Position numbers and translations under genes: made by a program. The notes beneath the pieces were generated by a model. That model was not told the DNA's origin and made no database searches. It saw only the letters and a list, made by a program, of their open reading frames with translations. Positions 61,901 through 64,000 of a stretch of 64,000 bases of DNA are shown here, in pieces. Every line of letters starts with the position of its first letter. Position 1 is the stretch's first letter. Origin of the DNA: an uncultured Gemmataceae bacterium (GTDB taxonomy: Bacteria > Planctomycetota > Planctomycetia > Gemmatales > Gemmataceae); NCBI GenBank assembly GCA_963750165.1, contig CAVVPN010000003.1, positions 2,496,001-2,560,000 of the forward strand. The letters are read 5' to 3'.

Positions 61901-64000
61901 TATGCCGGGACCACGACTGTGCTCGTCGGCACTCTGACGGTCAACGGCGTCGGCCAGATCCAGAACACGAGCGGCGTGACTCTGGGCGTCGGCACCACGC
62001 TGACCCTGGACAACACCGGGACCAACCTGTCCAACCGCCTGATGTCCGGGACCAACCCGGCGAACGTCATCGTCAACAACGCCACCATCAACTTCTTGGG
62101 GAACAACACCCCCGGCGTGCTCTCGGCGGACGCCCTGGGCACAGTCACCCTGAACAGCGGCGCGTCCTTCTTCAACCAGACGAGCGGCAGCGGTCTGAGT
62201 GCCGCGGCAACCCTGACCATCGGCACCCTGAACCGCAACACCGGCAGCACCGTGTCCTTCGTGCCGCAGGGCAACGCCGGCACCAACCAGAGCCTGAACA
62301 CTGCCTTCAACAAGATTTTGATTAACACCCTGGGCACGGGGGTGGCGCTGGTCAATGGCATCCTGCCGTGGGCGACGGTCGGCACGCTCGGCAACACGCC
62401 GCAGCAGTACGACTTCGCCACCTTCGTCGCCGCGGGCGCCAGCAACAGTGTCGCCGCGTTCACCAACTACAAGACCTCACTGGCAGCCGCCGGCCCCACC
62501 GACACCGTGCGCCTGACGGCCGGTGAAACGCTGACCACGAACAAGGTCGTCAACGCCATCCTGTTCGCCGGCACCAGTGCCGGGGCCGGCATCACCATCA
62601 CGCAGAACAACTTCACCCTGGGTGTGACCAGCGGCGCCATCCTGGCGATGGGTAACCAGACCCTCACCCTCAGTGGCGGCACGGTGGACTTCGGCACCGC
62701 CGAGGGCATCCTCGACCAGAACAACGCCAACATCGTCGTCAACAGCTCGCTGACCGGGACCGGCGGCCTGACGATCACTGACACCACTGCCGGCACCGTT
62801 ACCCTGAACGCCGCCAACAGCTACACCGGCACCACGACGATCAACGCCAACCCCGTCACCCTGACCCTGACCGCGGGCAACATCAGTGCCTTCGGCAACG
62901 GTCAGGTGACCATGACCAGCGGCGCCCTGACGGACAGCGCCGGCGGCACCTTCGCCCTGGCGAACGCCTTCAACCTTGCCAACAGTGTGGTGACGCTCAG
63001 CAGTTCGGCCAACCTCACGCTGGCCGGGCCGGTCACGCTGACCGGGAACAACCAGGTCACCACTGGCGGTACGGCCAACCTCGTGACCTACCTCGCCGGG
63101 CCCGTCGGCGGGACGGGCTCACTCAACGTGCTGAACCCGGGCGTGGCGTCGTACCTGGCCCTGGAGGGGGCCAACACCTACAGCGGCGGTACCAACATCG
63201 CCAGCGGCACCGGCGTGGTGGTCGTGACCAACAGCAGCCAGCTGAGCGGCAACACGATCACGTCCGGTTCCCTGGGCACGGGAGCCGTCAGTCTGACGAA
63301 CGGCGTGATCCAGTCCGCGACGGCCATCCAGTCTTCCGGCACGCCGTCGCCGGGTGTCGCGGCGGTGACCATCGCCAACCCACTCACGCTCACCAACGCG
63401 GCGGCAACCATCGGCGGCGTCTTCGGCACGACCACGACCTTCAGCGGCACCGTCACCGTCGCCGGCAACACCAACACCCTCACAATCACCCACCCGGGCA
63501 TGCCGGTCGTCTCCGGCGGCGTGGACAGCGGCCTGGTCGTTCCGGGCGTGTCCTTCACCGGCGTCATCGGAGGCACGGGCGCGCTAACCGTCGCCGGCGC
63601 GGGCCTGGTGCAGCTGTCCGGTGCCAATACCCTCACGGGTGGCGTCACCCTGACCGGGGGCAGCACCACCGTCGTCGGCAACAATAGCGCCCTGGGCGCC
63701 GGCCTGGTGACCCTGAATGGTGGCATCCTCCAGGACGACGGGACTGCCGCGCGCACGCTCAACAACACCATCGCCCTGGCCGCCGCCACCAACACGGTCA
63801 ATGCCACCAACACCGCCTTCAACTTCACACTCGCCGGCAACATTCTCAACGCCTCCGGGGTGGCGGGAACACTGCAAAAGGGGTTGGCCAGCCTCGCCGG
63901 GGCCGTGCCGAGCAACAGCGCCGGCACCGTCGTCCTGAACAACATCGAACTGTACACTGGGGCCACAACCGTCAACCAGGGCACGCTGCTGCTCAACGGC
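43964..64000 (+). CDS. Giant PATR beta-helix protein, continuation (~6,680 codons, 3' partial)
   Basis: Frame starting at 43964 reads VISNPVNLNG... and ends ...ATTVNQGTLLLNG at 64000. Spot-checked in frame throughout; its absence from the ORF track is consistent with no stop inside the window. Confidence 0.9.
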   Translation, partial: MISNPVNLNGYVTLTNNAAGANGVFTGPVTLTGNTVLNTLNPGTAGAILFNSPITGSNALILASTGANEPLNFNNANTYTGGTYLVGGTLLVNNNGALGTGAVTFAGGTLAALSDLTNIANTVNLPNATGVIGGSNNLNFTGTVNLLGTGTLAVTNTGLTTVSGTITDGGTANTAGVLATAGSTGTLKLTGTNTYSGGSSLSAGTVILGGSNVLGTGPAVLSGGTLIGTTPLTIGNALVLTGNFTVTGSNALTFTGVTTLGANVTMTANNATTLGGLIGETGGSRSLTQAGFGTLVLTDPANYFSGGATLNGATVSLGTLVVGSPTALGTGTLTLTNGIVQAGGVFAIPNAVNLNGGLVTFAGANPLVFNGATSLAAGTTTLLANTPATFNGVISGTNALALAGGNVTLTAANTYTGATSVSGGTLTLSGGGTLAVTPIALNQGGTLTLDNTGTNNPNRIADAAALTLNGGTLNYLGNAAAASTETLGAITLGAGNSTITTTPGGTQSVTLTLTSLARAAGSGGFVNFTGTGLGTASNQVLFTTAPTLTGTAQPGGTGLLPYAQVNGSDFATVGSNGVTAYSGTGSAYAPTVSGAAPGANVLINAATNASDTVTTSETINALTLQGDVTLTINPGVTLTITSGDLFVSGTTNGVTITGGGTLALGEAVITTAAGSAVTINTPVSGTNLTLAGGGTVNLPVGNTFGAGGTTLAGSTLNLGTTMALGTGTLTLVSGTLTATPANGLLLSNAVILSNSTVTLGGSNPLLFSGAVALNGTNDTLNVTNSALTDFNGVISGAAILTKLGTGTLVLSGNNTYTGLTELNQGIIQVQGNNALGSATATVVASGASVQVLASGLTVGEALILNGTGPDGTGALRNLAGGNNTWSGGITLTTASAIGADPGTALTQSGAVGGIGDLTKVGLGTLNLTAANTYTGQTNIDGGVVSVQNATALGQLTGGVVVNTGNVQTLTFSGSPTGGTFTLSFGGASTGPITYSTNTATLQVNIAAALAAVPAIGSAANVAVSGNATTVTVTFQGTLAGSSQPTLAVTANALTGGTSPAIAVNAPGATLQLTATVAGKLLTLNGTGFGMVGALPQGALVNQANNNTWTGDVTLTGTVAAGTNTAVGAASATTLTLSGIVSGTDLVKVGAGAVTLLDANTYTGATVVNAGTLTLSNTNVYSGATTVSGASVGGSFAGGTLILNLYGTALNSSSFTVNPGSTLTLDNTLYNVADDGTTSFGRLGNAAPVTLMGGTLNFLAANFLNTATAETVGALNLTGGQSTIQAGYGTAALLTGVSSNLTFTSLTRSAGATLNFVANNAALGTGTTNQVVFTTAPTLDNSILPYATIGGTDWATTGANGIATFAGYVAMPSPGTGTENVALTAATTVSVNTTINSLKLNGFALTINAGVTLTINTTAGFGGGLLGGNTINGPGTLTFGGSHEGIVLTNTGATTTAATSLVIAGATTGLTVGGGGGGGTLALGTTVNTYGSGTTLNAGTLSVSANSNLGTGTLVLTGGTLSGATTVALGNATTINGPVTFTSAAATTPLTLAGPVTLAAGNAVTVNTAPVLFTGTLAGASLVVAGGNNALQLNGNNTGYSAPTLLAGGTLTVGNANALGTGALIFAGTAANPGTLTAAFKVTLNNTIVVPNTTATFGGATNFTLGGNVVLMGNSVLAVTNTGLTTLSGFISGNGDLNTAGTSGPGGLLLTGTANSYTGGTYVTAGNLFAANASVFGSGPVVLNGGTLLASSGPLTIANPLLLSASSTITGSNLVTFGGVTTILAPMTLTANNATTLSGIIGESGASSAARTLTVAGLGSVTLGNANNFFTGGVTLNAAVANAPTGSLIVGSVTALGTGTLTLTAGTLQAAAFAIANPVALNGAAGSLVVFGGSNPITFSGTGTFTNSPTVRADAATTFNGVLSGAGTPALLGGSLTFTAANTYTGATSVSGGTLTLSGGGTLAVTPITLNQGGTLTLDNTGTNNPNRIADAAALTLNGGTLNYLGNAAAASTETLGAITLGAGNSTITTTPGGTQSVTLTLTSLARAAGSGGFVNFTGTGLGTASNQVLFTTAPTLTGTAQPGGTGLLPYAQVNGSDFATVGSNGVTAYSGTGTAYAPTVSGAAPGANVLINAATNASDTVTTSKTINALTLQGDVTLTINPGVTLTITSGDLFVTGTTNGVTITGGGTLALGEAVITTAAGSAVTINTPMTGSNLTLAGSGTVNLPAANAFAAGQTALAGATLNLGTTAALGTGTLTLVSGTLTTTLASGLLLTNAVTLSNSTVTLGGSNPLLFSGAVTLNGTNDTLNVTNTATTVLDGVVFGAANLTKMGAGTLVLSNNASTYTGLTFVNAGNVQVQGAAALGGAGGATVVAAGAGVQVLGSGLTIAESIILNGAGTDGSGALRLLGAGNNAVTWTGGITLNTNSAIGADAGTTLTLMTGAVGGLGSLTKVGVGTLVLNSASTYTGQTNVNAGVVNVQNAAGLGLVSGGVVVGSGATLQLQTSVAAKALTLNGAGFGNSGALPQGALVNQANNNTFGGDITLTGSVGLTGGTIPLLSAASTGTLIGGVTGTTLTLTGSVGGTDLTKVGAGAVTLTAANTYTGNTTVLGGTLTLSNTNANTGTTVVSGAAVGSAFTAGTLVLNLFGTTATSTVTIDQSGTLTLDNTGVNVSGRFSNATKPSLTFNSGALNFLANDVTGTASSETVGTVTLATGQSVITAGFAGVTFTGATSVLTAAALSRTSGATVNFFGGVGNLTPLGTASNKLVFTAAPTTVGNGGGILSYAEVNGGAGTGDFATYGANGVAAYTNYVTSLATAGAGDIVKITANATVAANQTIGALLIAGTAGITLTINPGVTLSLGTGAFMTANTGGGNNIGVGFSANISQGALNFGADGVFFANGTGGNNIVSTALQGTGNLALSGSPAASGAVVLNTGSNTSTLTTVNFVLNSGTVNTVANGVVVGANFGTGSLTLVGGTLNSSSGTFTLANPLVLAGAVTIGTTANFIFTGPITLASNAVVTANNTDFFNGVIGETGGPRTLTVLGTGTLTLNNANTYTGGTILAAAANSGVLQLGNNNALGSGTLTLASGTLNTNSAVTLPNAVLFPNSSVSITSITQGNNLTFAGPTTLVGSNTLGLGLLGTTTAPFSSGMTAFTGGVSGTGALTVNGNGMLSLPTANTFTGGLTLNGISNTLFAQGATPAGNVLTLSVGNNNAVGTGPLTLSAATLTSSTAVTLGNALLLTSVGFTGATTATTATITGTSAITFTGPSTLLANTTLTVNDTAPVTLGGVLGESGGARSLAVAGSGTLALTSANYYSGGTTLSPLSGPGVAASFLNLSAAPATTTGVTQINFNAAPVFTRLDPNVNYPTVAGGLTGPGTAGNPAALPSDVQMTNVAGQWLGYLNIVTGGSYTFTNLSDDASTLFIDGAAVVTNTTNTTGTGTVTLAAGLHLFRVIYYNAAGGAAQVISYNGPDTNSATVVVPSWGTGTGVASTNAGLLAIPSAAVTLSAANNNVFGSGGLTLNGGVLQATTALTLGNALTIGGTPFAPPAFTGSAITFSNTATLATNAAVSVNNTTTFAGVVSGTNGLALSNVPVVAGASALTGGGNLILTAANTYTGATTVSAGTLTLRGDGTLASTSGLTLNTGGTLTLDNNGTNNTDRVNDAAAVALNGGTLNFLGNAAALSTETLGALTLTGGASAINAANGAGQTAQLTFTNLTRNAGTTVTFGNVVGTTTGAALGSAGNQIVFGGGAPLIGTGQPGGTGLLPFATVNGSDPATYGTNGVVTYTGTGAAYAPTVSGAFVGDNVNLTGNNTVTASTYINALKVSGNATLTINPGQVVSVGSGGIVVAPGGSLTVTGGGTLDFSGAEGVIQTAPGTSATINDTITGFNGLTVGGGGTTTLGAANVYIGATTLVGGTLALGNVNALPAASALNLIGGTFQASGVYPAGTTLTLANAVTFTNSAVTFAGTIPLIFSGTITLAGTSDQIAVSGSGGATITGQVTGTANLVKQGPGTLTLTSTVGAASNFAGLTTVAGGILNVQSSTALGSSPGVVVAGGATLQLQANLNVANGSSSPGFTLNRSLTLNGTGTNGNGALESVFGNNSVTGNISLNSSTTISVDAGTLAQNTGVVSGAGDVKKVGGGTLAISANNTFTGQFNINNGIVRLDGGQFALGSIVGATVVNSGATLQLNANGGIFQAETVVLNGTGFVGANLAGALVALQTNTLQGNVVVNPGASIGVATGNTSATIGASATGATESGNTVTITTTAAHPFSPGQTVVIAGVGVAGYNGTFTVASVPSPTTFTYINPTTALAGSGGGTATATGIALTLPGGVSGTGDLTKVGVGTLTLSAANTYTGNTVVNAGTLTLVGAGSALNSAGFVVNPGATLTLDNNANGSTTSVNLANRIAGTAGVTLNAGTLNFVANAGQVSAPVATAETVGTLTLGPGQSTIQTGYTVAPAFGSTSVLTFSSVVRSQGGTVSFVGNGGGGAGTGLDTSYNRIAFATAPTTVGNNGGVLPYATVQTPTVTTLDFATYDPAANSIAAFSAYAPSIAAAGPGDTVKLGANEVLTGNETINALLLAGGTVGEAAFTLTVASGGVVNALNGGTSSIIGGSLAFGTAEGIILTNAGAATTINSPITGSGGLTVGSPNAGSGVLNLTSPNPYTGGTTLGGGVLNVGSGAALGTGTVTLINGTVQALAGSTFTNAVAFNNSSVTVAGSNNLTFTGPVTLSDTGTAANTVTVTNTAQTVFAGTVSGSGALFLAGTGNVFLSGANTYSGNTYLTGNLITVAGSSSAFGTGTLALTTGTLLTDGTARTLANNFVLNGQGFIFGASSYNGAAGGSATNANLTLSGAGMLDVIPSTTYMASSSVVVVYNTTTFAGPVGGPGGLVVAGPGNLVLAGANTYAGGTVLNSAGTGLVASMFATSAISTVTGINFTALTPQFTRIDSTVNYPSANPGFATAGGFGNPPANPPGLAVTANALIETGYLNIVTPGNYIFQFIGDDGAVVYLDGILVDNGDGANQTATSIALPLTAGLHALQIRVNNNSAAAAAILNYQGPDTNNVNVLVPFGALANPAGTTGSLQLGTNTALGTGPVTLSNGVLQANSAVTLTNPLSVTGGPLPVAFAGSPITVAAPAALTGNVVLSVNNATTFGGDLAGTSGVTLTNQPVVAGTTTYTGVGNLVFAAPVSYSGTTTVSGGTLTLSGNGALTQTAAANAVQAVSIIKAASGTFTLTFGGQVATVTYTNTAPGTATAAAIQAALDGLSTIGGVGGFVSVTAAASSTANNQLFLVTFQGALAGTPEPLMTISTSGLTASANTVLGSVSLVTQGSAAVTVNNGGTLTLDNSGTNSADRINDAATVALNGGTLNFLGNAAALSTETLGALTLTGGASTINAANGSGQTAQLTFASLTRSAGAVVNFSNVVGASTGAALGSAGNQIVFNLTPPTLTGTFQPGGTGLLPYATVNGSDPATYAANGVVSYTGTGAPYDATVSAAAFGDNVNLAGNDTVTASTTINALKVSGNATLTINSGQTLTVSSGAILVTGSGSLTVTGGGTLAFGATDGILQSAAGTTATLGNVALGGSGGLTFAGAGTVSLGAVNGVTGTLWLDGGTLNLTANTFGANALTLTAGTLTAATPVTFTGATTLNNSNVTISGSNAIVFAGSLSLAGLNDTLAVTNTGPTVITGIISDNATNPARAFTKTGAGTLTLTGANTYTAQTNILGGVVNVQNNFALGGSNTQPSVNSTANASVANAAGTLVAGGGTLQLQGGVTVGEAVALNGGTLESLTGTNVYAGPINLNAAGTVLVDVGQLTVAGQISGTADLNKLGGGTLVLTAANTYTGQTNVTAGILTLGGIGANAGANTFGAVTGSIAVTSGATLQLNPGAATTYAGKQLLLNGSGLGLTASGLLMATGALQNAPTTSAANTWTGNVVLSTDSAISAALNSLTVTGAISGPGALVKVGASTLFLGAADTYAGTTTVLVGTLTVNGVGQIQNTSGVTLGVGTTLTLDNTGTNLSNRLMSGTNPANVIVNNATINFLGNNTPGVLSADALGTVTLNSGASFFNQTSGSGLSAAATLTIGTLNRNTGSTVSFVPQGNAGTNQSLNTAFNKILINTLGTGVALVNGILPWATVGTLGNTPQQYDFATFVAAGASNSVAAFTNYKTSLAAAGPTDTVRLTAGETLTTNKVVNAILFAGTSAGAGITITQNNFTLGVTSGAILAMGNQTLTLSGGTVDFGTAEGILDQNNANIVVNSSLTGTGGLTITDTTAGTVTLNAANSYTGTTTINANPVTLTLTAGNISAFGNGQVTMTSGALTDSAGGTFALANAFNLANSVVTLSSSANLTLAGPVTLTGNNQVTTGGTANLVTYLAGPVGGTGSLNVLNPGVASYLALEGANTYSGGTNIASGTGVVVVTNSSQLSGNTITSGSLGTGAVSLTNGVIQSATAIQSSGTPSPGVAAVTIANPLTLTNAAATIGGVFGTTTTFSGTVTVAGNTNTLTITHPGMPVVSGGVDSGLVVPGVSFTGVIGGTGALTVAGAGLVQLSGANTLTGGVTLTGGSTTVVGNNSALGAGLVTLNGGILQDDGTAARTLNNTIALAAATNTVNATNTAFNFTLAGNILNASGVAGTLQKGLASLAGAVPSNSAGTVVLNNIELYTGATTVNQGTLLLNG
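45191..46005 (+). repeat. Intragenic direct repeat, copy 1 (near-identical to 49775-50589)
   Basis: Offset 4584 nt; antisense ORFs 45385..45615 and 49969..50199 translate identically. Confidence 0.9.
49775..50589 (+). repeat. Intragenic direct repeat, copy 2
   Basis: Near-identical to 45191-46005; weaker similarity extends further on both sides. Confidence 0.9.
54902..55475 (+). repeat. Intragenic direct repeat, second pair copy 1 (similar to ~59990-60570)
   Basis: Shared ...AACGCTGCCGCCCTCTCGACCGAGACGCTCGGCGC... and ...GTCAACGGCTCGGACCCGGCCACCTATG...; more diverged than the first pair. Confidence 0.8.
59990..60570 (+). repeat. Intragenic direct repeat, second pair copy 2
   Basis: Similar to 54902-55475, offset ~5.09 kb. 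Confidence 0.8.

Noticed and set aside
44561..63996. Track ORFs in 44-64 kb (e.g. 49010..53179 -, 51211..52929 +)
   Set aside because: Antisense or off-frame shadows of the uninterrupted giant ORF.

Overview
GC-rich bacterial DNA, inferred to be Planctomycetota (Gemmataceae-like) from DUF1501 and DUF1549/DUF1553 proteins, LEPR-XLL export motifs and ECF sigma/Ser-Thr kinase pairs. 1-10.9 kb: two very large uncharacterised membrane proteins that together appear to contain three paralogous ~1,100-1,250 aa modules. 11-36 kb: two ECF sigma + Ser/Thr kinase cassettes (one followed by a matrixin-like protein missing two zinc ligands), NYN nuclease, FabF, two DUF1501 proteins, FCP1/NIF-like phosphatase, DUF1549/1553 protein, fdx-hemH-suhB, amidohydrolase, TrmB-like methyltransferase, UVR-motif protein, degenerate FHA protein, DUF1003, and six unrelated intergenic hairpin/REP-like elements. 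36.8 kb to the window end: one giant (at least ~9,060 aa, runs off the window) autotransporter-repeat beta-helical surface protein, mostly missed by the ORF track. It is built from hierarchical duplications, with PA14 and other small domains plugged into repeat loops. Three single-base frameshifts (~8400, ~27562, ~43940) may be assembly errors. No rRNA, tRNA, CRISPR or transposase was recognised. Domain calls come from motif recognition by eye, not database searches.
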